A DNA stretch of 64,000 nucleotides from Candidatus Solincola quzhuomuensis (GTDB taxonomy: Bacteria > Actinomycetota > Geothermincolia > Geothermincolales > RBG-13-55-18), in NCBI GenBank assembly GCA_015711855.1, contig JACVJF010000002.1, positions 508 to 64,507 of the forward strand. The letters run 5' to 3'. Every line of letters begins with the position of its first letter. Position 1 is the first letter of the stretch. Below, one piece after another: positions 48,327-57,344 of the stretch. Made by a program: the position numbers and the translations under genes. Below the pieces are notes generated by a model that saw only the letters and a list, made by a program, of their open reading frames with translations, was not told the DNA's origin and did no database searches.

Positions 48327-51164
48327 GTGTCGGCAGTCAACAACATACGGGTCCTGAAGAGGAAAGAAGAAGCCGAAGACGCCACGGATATCGCCCTCCT
48401 GGTCAGCACTTCCTCCAAAGAGGAGATAAACCTCTGGGACAAGAGCAAGATAGTGAGATCGCTGATAATCGAGACGGGCGCCAGCCCGGAACTGGCCCAG
48501 GAGATAGCGGACAGGGTGGAGGAACGCATCGTGCAGGCCAGGATGAACACGGTGACCACCTCCATCATACGCGAATTGGTGGACCTGGAGCTCCTGGAGA
48601 GGGGCCTGGGCACCATGCACAAGAAGCATTCTCATCTGGGTCTCCCCATGTATGACGTGGAGCAGATCATAACCAGCGCCAACAAGGAGAACAGCAACAC
48701 CACCCACAATCCGGAGTCCATAAACCTGACCCTGGCGGAGGCCATCCTCAAGGAATTCGCCCTGCGCAAGGTCTTCTCGGAGGATATAGCCCGTGCCCAC
48801 ATGGTGGGGGATATCCACCTCCATGACCTGGGTTTCATCATCCGGCCTTATTCCTACCTCGGGGACACCGTGGTGCACTGGCGCGTAAAGGGATCCTGCG
48901 TGGCCTTTACCACCACCATGGAGCAGCTGTATCACCTCCTTCCCGGGGAGACCCGGCCGGAGCCGACCGTGCGGGTCAAGTATCCCATCGGGTTGGAGAT
49001 CCTGGATCGCGGAGGCGAATGGACGGAGATAAGGAGGGTGGTCAAAAAGGATCGCCTGGGCAAGCAGATGTTGTTCATAGCCACCTCGGACGGTAAGTAC
49101 TGCGTGGTCACCCACGACCATCCGGTGATAACCGGGGGCGAGATAAAACCCGCCTCCCTGGTGGAAGTGGGAGACGAGGTGGAGACCATGGAGATGGAGA
49201 AGGGAAGACCCCGGGGGCTGGAGGAGTTAAACATCGTCCATATATTGGAAGCCAATGCCAACACCTTCAAGCTGAGGTTCAATGCCGAGGATATTCTCGC
49301 GGCCAGGCAACGCCTGCACGAAATGGTTTATCAGGCGGCTCGATCACGGCGGGAAGGCAAGAACAGGTTTGCGTCCGCCGGGACACCTGGGATGTCTTCT
49401 TCAGCAGGGAGGGCCAGGGTGATCATGGTGGAGCCCGTGGAGGTGCTCGATGTCTACATTTACGACGTGACCACCGAAAGCGGTACCCTCATGGCCAACG
49501 GCATCTATTCCCACAACTGTGGAGGTCATAGCCTGGATTACATAAAAAAATACGGTCTCTCCTTGCCCAACATCACCAGCACCTCGCGTCCGGCGAAGCA
49601 TCCTGAAGTACTTATCGGGCATATGGTGAAGATGGCTTCCACCCTCCAGTCACATTACGCGGGCGCCATCGGCTGGGAGGCGGTGAATATGTTCTTCGCT
49701 CCCTACCTGGTGGGATTGGATTACAAGCGCATCAAGCAGCTGGCCCAGATGCTCATATACGAGTTCAACCAGCTGGCCGGCGCCCGGGGGAGTCAAGTGG
49801 TATTCACGGACTTCAACCTGTACTGGAACATACCCCGCCATTTCCGTGATACCCCGGCCATAGGTCCGGGGGGGGTGTATACCGGTAAGACCTACAAGGA
49901 TTACGAGAAGGAGGCCCAGACGTTCCTCAAGGCCCTCTTCGAGGTCTATTTGGAGGGTGACGCCACAGGCAAGACCTTCGTCTTCCCCAAACCCCTCCTT
50001 CACATCAATGAGGATTTCTTCCGCACGGAAGGTCACGAGGAGTTCCTTGATCTGGCCTGCCGAGTGGCGGCCCGTCAGGGCATAACTTACTTCGTCTTCG
50101 ATCGGGGCGACGAGATAACCGTCTCTCAGTGCTGCCGGCTCAAGTTGCGGCTGAAGGGGAAAGACCTGCAAGAGGCCATGACCCCCGAGAAGATGCGCTT
50201 CACTGCACTGCAGAACATAACCATTAACCTGCCACGCATCGCCTATAAGGCCAACGGCTCAGACGAGGTGCTCTTCAACGAGCTCCAGAAGGCCATGCAG
50301 CTGGTGGCCAAGGCACACCTCCAGAAGAGGGATTTCATAGCCGGCCTGCTCGAGCTGGGCGTTAACGGCCCGTTGTCCCTCCTCTGTGATGCCAAGGACG
50401 GGGAGCCTTACCTCCGCCTTGACCGCCTCACCTACCTGGCCGGGCTCCTGGGCCTGAACGAGATGGTCCAGTACCATACGGGGATGCAGCTGCACGAATC
50501 CCAAGAAGCCCTTAAGTTCGGGCTCAAGGTCGTGGCCCACATGAACCTGGCCTGCAAGGAGCTCTCAGAAAAGTATGGGATAAACCTGGTCCTGGAGGAA
50601 TCGCCGGCGGAATCCAGCGGTTACCGTCTGGCCAAACTGGACATGAAGTACTATCCCACACAGGCTTCCAAGGTACTGAAGGGGAACCTGGAGACCGGGG
50701 AATATTACTACACCAACAGCGTGCACCTCAACGTGGAGGCGGACATAGATTACATCGAAAGAGTCAGGAAGCAGAGTCTTTTCCATCCCCTGATAGAGGC
50801 GGGGGCCATCTGCCACATATGGTTGGGTGAACACGAACCGGATCCGGAATCCATAAAGAATTTCGTCATCAAGACCTACCGGCACACGCAGTCCTCGCAG
50901 ATAGCCTTTTCACCGGAGTTCACCGTCTGTAACGACTGCCGGCGTACCAACCGCGGTCTGCACGAATCCTGTCCGGCATGCGGTTCGGTCAACGTCTACG
51001 GCATAACCCGCATCGTGGGATATTTCTCCAAGATAACCACTTGGAATAAGGGCAAGCTGGGAGAGCTGAAGGATCGGGTTAGGACGGATCTGAAAGGGGG
51101 GTTGAAGCATGCAGCACCTAAAAGTCTTCGTGAAACGGGACTGCCAGAAGTGTCCGGCGGCTAA
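48327..51164 (+). CDS. nrdD: Anaerobic ribonucleoside-triphosphate reductase (class III, NrdD) interrupted by an in-frame mini-intein.
   Basis: An N-terminal ATP-cone; VGDIHLHDLGF (compare E. coli ERGDIHYHDLDY); the finger-loop SQCCRLK; a C-terminal Zn ribbon CNDCRR...CPACG; and the glycyl-radical motif TRIVGYF. 945 aa, which is 723 aa without the intein. Confidence 0.85.
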   Translation: MSAVNNIRVLKRKEEAEDATDIALLVSTSSKEEINLWDKSKIVRSLIIETGASPELAQEIADRVEERIVQARMNTVTTSIIRELVDLELLERGLGTMHKKHSHLGLPMYDVEQIITSANKENSNTTHNPESINLTLAEAILKEFALRKVFSEDIARAHMVGDIHLHDLGFIIRPYSYLGDTVVHWRVKGSCVAFTTTMEQLYHLLPGETRPEPTVRVKYPIGLEILDRGGEWTEIRRVVKKDRLGKQMLFIATSDGKYCVVTHDHPVITGGEIKPASLVEVGDEVETMEMEKGRPRGLEELNIVHILEANANTFKLRFNAEDILAARQRLHEMVYQAARSRREGKNRFASAGTPGMSSSAGRARVIMVEPVEVLDVYIYDVTTESGTLMANGIYSHNCGGHSLDYIKKYGLSLPNITSTSRPAKHPEVLIGHMVKMASTLQSHYAGAIGWEAVNMFFAPYLVGLDYKRIKQLAQMLIYEFNQLAGARGSQVVFTDFNLYWNIPRHFRDTPAIGPGGVYTGKTYKDYEKEAQTFLKALFEVYLEGDATGKTFVFPKPLLHINEDFFRTEGHEEFLDLACRVAARQGITYFVFDRGDEITVSQCCRLKLRLKGKDLQEAMTPEKMRFTALQNITINLPRIAYKANGSDEVLFNELQKAMQLVAKAHLQKRDFIAGLLELGVNGPLSLLCDAKDGEPYLRLDRLTYLAGLLGLNEMVQYHTGMQLHESQEALKFGLKVVAHMNLACKELSEKYGINLVLEESPAESSGYRLAKLDMKYYPTQASKVLKGNLETGEYYYTNSVHLNVEADIDYIERVRKQSLFHPLIEAGAICHIWLGEHEPDPESIKNFVIKTYRHTQSSQIAFSPEFTVCNDCRRTNRGLHESCPACGSVNVYGITRIVGYFSKITTWNKGKLGELKDRVRTDLKGGLKHAAPKSLRETGLPEVSGG
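48852..49517 (+). mobile_element. Mini-intein (222 aa, Ser1 ... His-Asn, +1 Cys) inserted in NrdD between HLHDLGFIIRPY and CGGHSLDY. No homing-endonuclease motifs are evident.
   Basis: Block A SYLGDTVV (compare the Ssp DnaB intein CISGDSLI), block B YCVVTHDHPVIT (TxxH), and blocks F/G VLDVYIYDVTTESGTLMANGIYSHN followed by a Cys. The flanking extein residues align with E. coli NrdD ...HDLDYSPFFPMFN|CMLIDLKG. Confidence 0.75.
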
Positions 51165-51354
51165 GGAGCTGGCCAGCCGCTTTCCGCATACGGAGGTGTA
51201 CGACATCGAGCAGGCGGACGGGTTGGCGGAGGCCGCCTTCTACAGCGTGCTCTGCACGCCCTCCATTGTGGTAGTCGACGAGAACGGCGCCGAAGTCCAC
51301 GCCTGGCGATGCACCGTGCCCTCGCCGCGGGAACTCGCCGAGTGGGTCAACTGA
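51109..51354 (+). CDS. Small thioredoxin/glutaredoxin-like protein (NrdH-like, CxxC), 81 aa.
   Basis: VFVKRDCQKCPAAKEL (CxxC redox motif in a thioredoxin-fold context). It lies between nrdD and nrdG and overlaps the last 56 nt of the nrdD track ORF. Confidence 0.55.
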   Translation: MQHLKVFVKRDCQKCPAAKELASRFPHTEVYDIEQADGLAEAAFYSVLCTPSIVVVDENGAEVHAWRCTVPSPRELAEWVN

Positions 51355-51356
51355 TC

Positions 51357-52079
51357 ATGGCTGCTTTCCGAAACATAAGAGGCCTGCTGCCTGCCAGCAT
51401 GCTTGACTGGCCGGGAAAGATAAGCGCTGTGCTCTTCCTCGGCGGTTGTAATTTCCGATGCCCCTACTGCCACAACCCCGAGCTGGTGGAGGCTGCGTGG
51501 TCGGGCGAATGCCTGGAGTGGGAGCATGTCGCCGGTTTTCTCCAGGAAAGAGCCGGGTGGATAGACGGGGTTTGCGTCACCGGCGGGGAGCCCACCATCC
51601 ATAGGGACCTTCCCGAACTCTGCAGTTCCATAAAAGCCTTGGGGATGGAGGTCAAGGTGGACACCAACGGTTCGCGCCCCAGGATGCTCCGCTACCTGCT
51701 GGAGCGGGACCTAGTGGACTTCATAGCCATGGACTTCAAGACCTCACCGGAAAAGTACCCGGCGCTGGTGGGCAGGCCGATAAGCATGAATGCCGTACTG
51801 GAGACGGTCGACATGATAATTACGTGGGGAGGGCAACACGAGTTCCGCTGCACGGTGGTACCGGGATGGGTCGATTATGGGGATCTGGAAGTCATCTCCC
51901 ACCGGTTGCACGGTGCGAGCAGCCTCGTGCTCCAACAGTTCCGGCCGGAACACACTCTCGATCCCGTCATGCGGGGGGTGGAGCCCTACCCGGACGCCCT
52001 CTTGATGGAATGGTCGGAAAAGCTTTCGGGGATCCTGCCCGTTAAGGTGAGAGGACTTATGGCCGTGAACCCGGCATAA
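51357..52079 (+). CDS. nrdG: Anaerobic ribonucleotide reductase activating protein (radical SAM).
   Basis: FLGGCNFRCPYCHN (CxxxCxxC). The GVCVTGGEPT size and context fit NrdG. ATG at 51357, just after the redoxin stop. Confidence 0.85.
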   Translation: MAAFRNIRGLLPASMLDWPGKISAVLFLGGCNFRCPYCHNPELVEAAWSGECLEWEHVAGFLQERAGWIDGVCVTGGEPTIHRDLPELCSSIKALGMEVKVDTNGSRPRMLRYLLERDLVDFIAMDFKTSPEKYPALVGRPISMNAVLETVDMIITWGGQHEFRCTVVPGWVDYGDLEVISHRLHGASSLVLQQFRPEHTLDPVMRGVEPYPDALLMEWSEKLSGILPVKVRGLMAVNPA

Positions 52080-52123
52080 GAAGAGCCCTATTTTCCGGTG
52101 CATGTCTGTGAGGCGAAGAATCT

Positions 52124-52756
52124 ATGATAGATGAGGGACCCAGGAGTCAGGACCCTTTCGCGGAACCCAGCCGGATACTGCGAGAAAGCGACCCCGTCGA
52201 GATCGCCGAGAGGGTCGGCGTTCCCTGGGACGGCAGGGAGTTCCGGCTTGCTTTCATGCGCTGGAGTCTTCAAGTCTCCCACCCGGAGCTCGGCTTCAGA
52301 GCACCGGATTTCCTCAACAACTACGTGGTGAAATTGCTGGCGGTCATCTACCTGGCCCGCGCCCGGGCCGTACCTTTGGACAATCGGTGGGTACCTTACC
52401 GGGAACTGAAGGACGGGCTTTTCTACACCAAGAGCTTCTCGGATACCGTGGAAGACCGCCTATGCCGCCGTTTCGGTGGGGACCTGGAGGCCATGCGCCG
52501 TGCGGCAACGGAATTGGGTGGCCGGGTGGTGGAACAGGGAGACTTGGGAGTGGTCATAAACACCTTTCCCCGCCTGCCGCTTCTGTTCATCCTCTGGCGA
52601 GGCGACGAGGAGTTCGAACCCAGCGCCCGCATACTCTTCGACGCCTCGGCCACCAACTACCTAAACGCCTTCGAGCTGCGCATGCTGTGTGGGGAAGTGG
52701 TGGGACGGCTGGTCAACGTAGCGGACGGACGCCTGCAGGTTCCTCCGCCCGACTGA
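52124..52756 (+). CDS. Hypothetical protein (210 aa), possibly DUF3786-like.
   Basis: No catalytic motif seen. The family call is from memory of DUF3786 proteins and is unverified. Confidence 0.35.
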   Translation: MIDEGPRSQDPFAEPSRILRESDPVEIAERVGVPWDGREFRLAFMRWSLQVSHPELGFRAPDFLNNYVVKLLAVIYLARARAVPLDNRWVPYRELKDGLFYTKSFSDTVEDRLCRRFGGDLEAMRRAATELGGRVVEQGDLGVVINTFPRLPLLFILWRGDEEFEPSARILFDASATNYLNAFELRMLCGEVVGRLVNVADGRLQVPPPD

Positions 52757-52937
52757 AGGCCGTACGATGGAATATGCTCGGAGATACCGTTTAGGTTGAT
52801 CGCCCAGGGTATCCGCGGCTTTTTGGCGTGCGTCCCACCCTATGCGGGCGGGGATGGGCTTGCGGATCCCTTCCCGATCTTTTCGCCGGTTTGGATTCGG
52901 AAAAGGCGGGGTATCATGATATGTATATAGTAAAATT

Positions 52938-52957
52938 TTAACTATTATACAGTTAAT
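52938..52957 (+). promoter_or_regulatory. Inverted repeat TTAACT-ATTATAC-AGTTAA about 45 nt upstream of the padR-like gene. Candidate autoregulatory operator.
   Basis: A perfect 6-bp IR with a 7-bp spacer in an AT-rich promoter region. Confidence 0.3.
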
Positions 52958-53000
52958 CATGGTAAGCCGTTGAAAAGCTGCGTATTTTACCGGGGGAAAG

Positions 53001-53558
53001 ATGGTCTCCAGCATTGAGGTCATGGTCATGGGCCTCCTGGCCGAGAAGGAAAGGCACGGGTACGAGTTGCTCAAGGAGATGGAGGAACGCGGCCTGTTGC
53101 GCTGGAATCGTGCCAGCAAGGTCGCGGTTTATAAGGCACTGGCCCGCCTGGAAGAGGACGGCTTCCTGACCTCATGGATGGAAAAAGGCGGCAGGATGCC
53201 GGAAAAGAGGATCTATGCCTTGACCGCTGAGGGCGAGGAGAGGCTTCGGGACGGAGTCTATGCCCTCTGCGCCGTGGAGGAACCTGTCCGTCTGGAGGGA
53301 GCGGCGGGGTTCGCCTTCATCGATGTTCTCTCTCCGGAAGAGGCTCGAGAGGCTCTGCGTAGGAGGCGTTCTTTCCTGGAAAAGCAATTGAAGCGACTGA
53401 AATCGGAACGAGAAATAATCGGCGACGTCATAAACCGAGCGCATTCGCTTCTACTGGAGAGGGAGATATCTCTATACCGCCATGAAATACGGTGGATCGA
53501 ACGGTTTGCGCATAGTATCTTGGGGGAGGGCGAGGAAGCGGGGAGTCCGGATACGTGA
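53001..53558 (+). CDS. PadR family transcriptional regulator.
   Basis: VMGLLAEKERHGYELLKEMEE...RIYALTAEGEERL (winged helix of PadR) plus a C-terminal coiled coil. Confidence 0.8.
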   Translation: MVSSIEVMVMGLLAEKERHGYELLKEMEERGLLRWNRASKVAVYKALARLEEDGFLTSWMEKGGRMPEKRIYALTAEGEERLRDGVYALCAVEEPVRLEGAAGFAFIDVLSPEEAREALRRRRSFLEKQLKRLKSEREIIGDVINRAHSLLLEREISLYRHEIRWIERFAHSILGEGEEAGSPDT

Positions 53559-53579
53559 GCGGGGGGGAGAGGGTTTCGT

Positions 53580-54236
53580 ATGGCGGGAAGGGATCAGGTG
53601 GCCAAAAGGATAGTGGAAGAAGCGGAAAAGCTGGCCTTCGAATCCGGATACCGCCGCTTCAATATGGACGAGCTTTCCAAGCGGCTGCGCATGAGCAAGA
53701 AGACCGTATATGAATATTTTTCCTCCAAGGACGAGCTGTTTACCACCGCACTCAACAGGCGGGCAGGGAAGATCCTCCGACGAATGCAGGAAATCCTACA
53801 GCTTGAGGAGGACTCCATGACCAAGCTCTATCTACTGAGCAAGCACATCGTGGATGAGGTCTCCCAGATAAAACCCTGGCTGATCAAGGAGGTGGAGACC
53901 TATTTTCCAGACGTGTTCGACGTTTACGGTGATTTTTACCGCAAGATAGTGGGCGGAGTGGTGACCGTTATCGAGGAAGGCATGCGCACCGGGATTTTCC
54001 GGTCCGACGTGAACCCCTTGGTGTTCGCCTACCTCATGCAGGGAATGGTCGAGCTCTCCCGGAATCCCTACCTCCTGATCGAGAGCGGGTTGGGGCTGGA
54101 GGAGGTTTACACCGCTTTCATGAAGATAATCATGGAGGGGATAATAAATTCCGGGCACAGAGAGGCCCAGGAGGGAACTGCGATAAAGCGAGGGAGGCGA
54201 AAACCTCCGGATTGCTCGAGTCTGGCGGAAGGGTGA
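53580..54236 (+). CDS. TetR/AcrR family transcriptional regulator.
   Basis: N-terminal HTH: ESGYRRFNMDELSKRLRMSKKTVYEYFSSKDEL. Confidence 0.8.
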   Translation: MAGRDQVAKRIVEEAEKLAFESGYRRFNMDELSKRLRMSKKTVYEYFSSKDELFTTALNRRAGKILRRMQEILQLEEDSMTKLYLLSKHIVDEVSQIKPWLIKEVETYFPDVFDVYGDFYRKIVGGVVTVIEEGMRTGIFRSDVNPLVFAYLMQGMVELSRNPYLLIESGLGLEEVYTAFMKIIMEGIINSGHREAQEGTAIKRGRRKPPDCSSLAEG

Positions 54237-54389
54237 CGAGGCTTTAGGTCGCTCTTGCGTCCCGAAAGGGACCGATGCGTTGCCGGTGACCGTTACAAAG
54301 GGATGCATGGAGAGATCGGCAGGAAGAATCGAGTGAAAAAACGGCTTGCACAGGAGCTTGACAAGCCGAAAGGCGTGATGCTTGAATGT

Positions 54390-54419
54390 AAAAAACTAAT
54401 AAACCATTAATAGTTTTTT
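54390..54419 (+). promoter_or_regulatory. 30-bp AT-rich near-palindrome AAAAAACTAATAAACCATTAATAGTTTTTT upstream of the paaI-like gene. Candidate TetR-type operator. A TTGACA lies about 35 nt upstream.
   Basis: Read directly. The arms AAAAAACTA / TAGTTTTTT are perfect inverted repeats. Confidence 0.3.
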
Positions 54420-54480
54420 AGTTTCCATCCCATGAAGCGAACTTTACGACGTCGTCTTTTTCGAGGAAGGGGAGGATGGC

Positions 54481-54933
54481 GTGGTCGAGGATCCAGCGGA
54501 AGCGAAAACGGTAGATGAAAGGACGGCGGAGATCATCGGTTCCGATTCTTATGCCCGACATCTCGGGGCACAAGTCAGGGAAATAAAGCCGGGCTACGCC
54601 AAGGTCACCTTGAAACTGGGACCGCAACACCTCAATTTCATGGGCATGATACACGGGGGAGTCATGTTCTCCTTGGCTGACGTGGCCTTCGGGGCGGCCG
54701 CCAATTCCTTCGGGAAAAGAGCCATGGCCCTTTCCGTGGGGATCGACTTTTTGGCCGCGCCGGATCCGCAGGAGGAGCTGACCGCGGAAGTGGAGCTAGT
54801 TGCCCGGGCGGGCAAGACGGGTTATTACCGCATGCAGGTCGCCGACAGCGAGGGGAGGATGGTGGCGACGTGCAGAGGTTGGGCCTATCACACCGATAGG
54901 CCGCTGCGAATGGAGGGGGCGGAGGACGCTTGA
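54481..54933 (+). CDS. PaaI/hotdog-fold acyl-CoA thioesterase family protein.
   Basis: NFMGMIHGGVMFSLADVAFG and the overall size (about 150 aa) are typical of PaaI/YbgC-like hotdog thioesterases. Confidence 0.7.
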   Translation: MVEDPAEAKTVDERTAEIIGSDSYARHLGAQVREIKPGYAKVTLKLGPQHLNFMGMIHGGVMFSLADVAFGAAANSFGKRAMALSVGIDFLAAPDPQEELTAEVELVARAGKTGYYRMQVADSEGRMVATCRGWAYHTDRPLRMEGAEDA

Positions 54934-55224
54934 GGCGGCGAGGCAAGCCCGTTCCGTCACGGGGATAGGCGTGAGGGGCGGTAAGGTCCGGAGCGGACTC
55001 CTCAGAGATACGGAAAAAGACTTAGGGAGGACTTTGGGCTACTCAACCGGCCGGATATCGTTGAGTTAAGGGGATAGGCACCCAGTTTGTAGATTGTTGT
55101 TTCCATAATCTCGGCATCGGCGGATAATGGTTTTGGTAGATGGCTCCAGGCCCGATTTGCCTTGGGATGGAAAACCGGTCTTTGCCCCATGCGGGTGCGC
55201 GGGAAAATCACGGGAGGGATGTCC

Positions 55225-55983
55225 ATGCCGTTGGAAGGAAAGACAGCGCTGGTGACCGGCGGTTCGGGAGGACTGGGGAGGGTGCATGGCATCGTCCTGG
55301 CGGAGAAGGGAGCGGACGTTGCCTTGACCTACAATCGTAATGAGGCCAAAGCCCTGGAAGTGGTCAGAGAGATCGAAGCTATGGGACGCCGCGCACTGGC
55401 CGTGAAAATGGATCTTGCCGACGAGGAGAGCATCCAGGAAGGCGTGCAGAAGGTTAAACGGGAACTGGGGCCCATAGACATCTTGGTGAACAACGCGGCG
55501 GCGGGTATAGTGCGCGCGGTGACCATAACCGACATGACCAAGGAGGATTGGGACGCGGATGTGGCCGTGAATCTCACCGGTCCCTTCCTGCTCATAAAGG
55601 CCGTCTTCCCGGACATGGCCGAGCGGGGCTGGGGAAGGATAATCAACGTCTCCTCGGTCACCGGGACCATGGGAGGGTTCGGGCAGTGCAGCTATGCCGC
55701 CACCAAAGCGGGCCTCATAGGTCTTACCAAGACGGTGGCCTTGGAGGGAGCGCGTAAGAACATAACGTGCAACGCGGTGGTGTTGGGCGTCTTCGATGCC
55801 GGCAGTTTCTACGAGGTGGCTGAACCCTTCCGGGAGCGCATCATCAGGCGTGTGGCCATGCGTCGTTCCGGAGACCCCCGCGAACTCTCCGAGATCATCG
55901 CCTTTCTGGCCTCGGAGGAGGCCAGCTACATAACCGGGGAGGCCATCGAGGTTAGCGGAGGTATCAGCCTTTTCACGTTCTGA
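55225..55983 (+). CDS. SDR family oxidoreductase (3-oxoacyl-ACP/CoA reductase-like).
   Basis: GKTALVTGGSGGLG (TGxxxGxG), NNAA, and the catalytic triad S...YAATKAG (YxxxK). Start placed at the ATG with better RBS spacing (GGGAGGG 6 nt upstream). Confidence 0.8.
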   Translation: MPLEGKTALVTGGSGGLGRVHGIVLAEKGADVALTYNRNEAKALEVVREIEAMGRRALAVKMDLADEESIQEGVQKVKRELGPIDILVNNAAAGIVRAVTITDMTKEDWDADVAVNLTGPFLLIKAVFPDMAERGWGRIINVSSVTGTMGGFGQCSYAATKAGLIGLTKTVALEGARKNITCNAVVLGVFDAGSFYEVAEPFRERIIRRVAMRRSGDPRELSEIIAFLASEEASYITGEAIEVSGGISLFTF

Positions 55984-56175
55984 GGTCAACACGGAAGGGC
56001 GAAAGCTTGGGTTGATCATAACCAAAAGTCGGTCGGGAGCAGGAAGGTCCTCCGCAAAGGACGCCGCCGGCGGGTGCGGCGAAAAGGCACTCGCGGGGAA
56101 AGGAAAGCGTGTGAAATCGCTTAGGAGGACGGGTCTTGCTCCGTTGGGAAGGAGTACGAGGACGGGAGGACGGAA

Positions 56176-57312
56176 ATGACCTTTGAACTTACCCCCGAAC
56201 AGCAAGCCCTGCGCGGGGAGATCCGCAGGCTGGCCGAGGAAAAGATCGCCCCCCGGGCGGCGGAGATCGACCGCAGCGGTGAATACCCCTGGGATATCCA
56301 GAAGCTGCTGGCGGAGCAGGGGCTTCTGGGTTATGCCATCCCCGAGGAATACGGGGGTTCCGGCGCCGACCTTCTCTCGTGTTGCATAGTGGGCGAGGAA
56401 CTGGCCCGGGTGTGTGCCAACTCCTCGCTCATCTTCGTGGTGCAGAAGCTGGCCGCCTACCCCATTGTCATAGCCGGCTCCGAGGAGACCAAGAGAAAGT
56501 ACCTCCCGCCGGTGGCATCCGGGGAAAAGCTGGCCGCTTTCTGTCTCACGGAGAGGGAAGCCGGATCGGACGCCGGGGCCACCAAGACCCTGGCCCGCCG
56601 GGAGGGCGATCATTACGTGATCAACGGCCAGAAGTGCTTCATCACCAACGGGGGGCTGGCCGAGGTCCATTCCGTTTTCTGCATGACCGACCCGGACAAG
56701 GGCTACAAGGGTATAAGCGCCTTCGTGGTGGAGAAGGGGCCGGGCCTTTCCGTGGGTAAGATCGAGGACAAGATGGGTATGCGGGGTTCCCAGACCTCGG
56801 AGCTCATCTTCGAGGACTGTAGAGTCCCCGCGGAGAACCGGTTGGGGGAGGAGGGCACCGGGTTCATCACCGCCATGAAGACCTTGGACAACTCCCGCCC
56901 CTTGGTGGGGGCCCAAGCCCTGGGGATCGCTCAGGGGGCCCTCGAACTGGCCATCGCCTGGGCCAAGGAGAGGAAGCAGTTCGGGAAGCCCATCGGGATG
57001 CTACAGGGGATAGCCTTTTTGTTGGCGGACATGGCTACGGAGGTGGAAGCGGCGCGACTGCTGGTATATAAGGCGGCGGCCATGGCCGACCGCGGGGATC
57101 CCAACCTCTCTATATTCTCCGCCATGTCCAAGATGAAGGCTTCCGACGTGGCTATGCGGGTGACTACAGACACCGTGCAGGTCATGGGCGGATACGGCTA
57201 TATGCGAGACCACCCGGCGGAGCGGATGATGCGCGATGCCAAGGTGACCCAGATATACGAGGGAACCAACCAGGTACAACGGGTGGTCATCTCCCGGGCC
57301 CTGTTGCGGTAA
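56176..57312 (+). CDS. Acyl-CoA dehydrogenase (short/branched-chain type).
   Basis: FCLTEREAGSDAG, GQKCFITNG and YEGTNQVQR are classic ACAD motifs. 378 aa. Confidence 0.9.
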   Translation: MTFELTPEQQALRGEIRRLAEEKIAPRAAEIDRSGEYPWDIQKLLAEQGLLGYAIPEEYGGSGADLLSCCIVGEELARVCANSSLIFVVQKLAAYPIVIAGSEETKRKYLPPVASGEKLAAFCLTEREAGSDAGATKTLARREGDHYVINGQKCFITNGGLAEVHSVFCMTDPDKGYKGISAFVVEKGPGLSVGKIEDKMGMRGSQTSELIFEDCRVPAENRLGEEGTGFITAMKTLDNSRPLVGAQALGIAQGALELAIAWAKERKQFGKPIGMLQGIAFLLADMATEVEAARLLVYKAAAMADRGDPNLSIFSAMSKMKASDVAMRVTTDTVQVMGGYGYMRDHPAERMMRDAKVTQIYEGTNQVQRVVISRALLR

Positions 57313-57344
57313 CCGGAAGTTGACATTGGCGAAGCAGGAAGGGG

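Noticed and set aside
47661-49121. 486-aa minus-strand ORF opposite nrdR/nrdD (also 49650..50171 and 50565..50885 minus).
   Set aside because: They are antisense to well-supported nrdR/nrdD coding sequence including the intein, and have no motifs. Typical high-GC frame artefacts.
55066-56916. 616-aa minus-strand ORF spanning the SDR and ACAD genes.
   Set aside because: The + strand carries unambiguous SDR (TGxxxGxG, YxxxK) and ACAD motifs. The minus ORF is low-complexity (Gly/Arg/Pro-rich).
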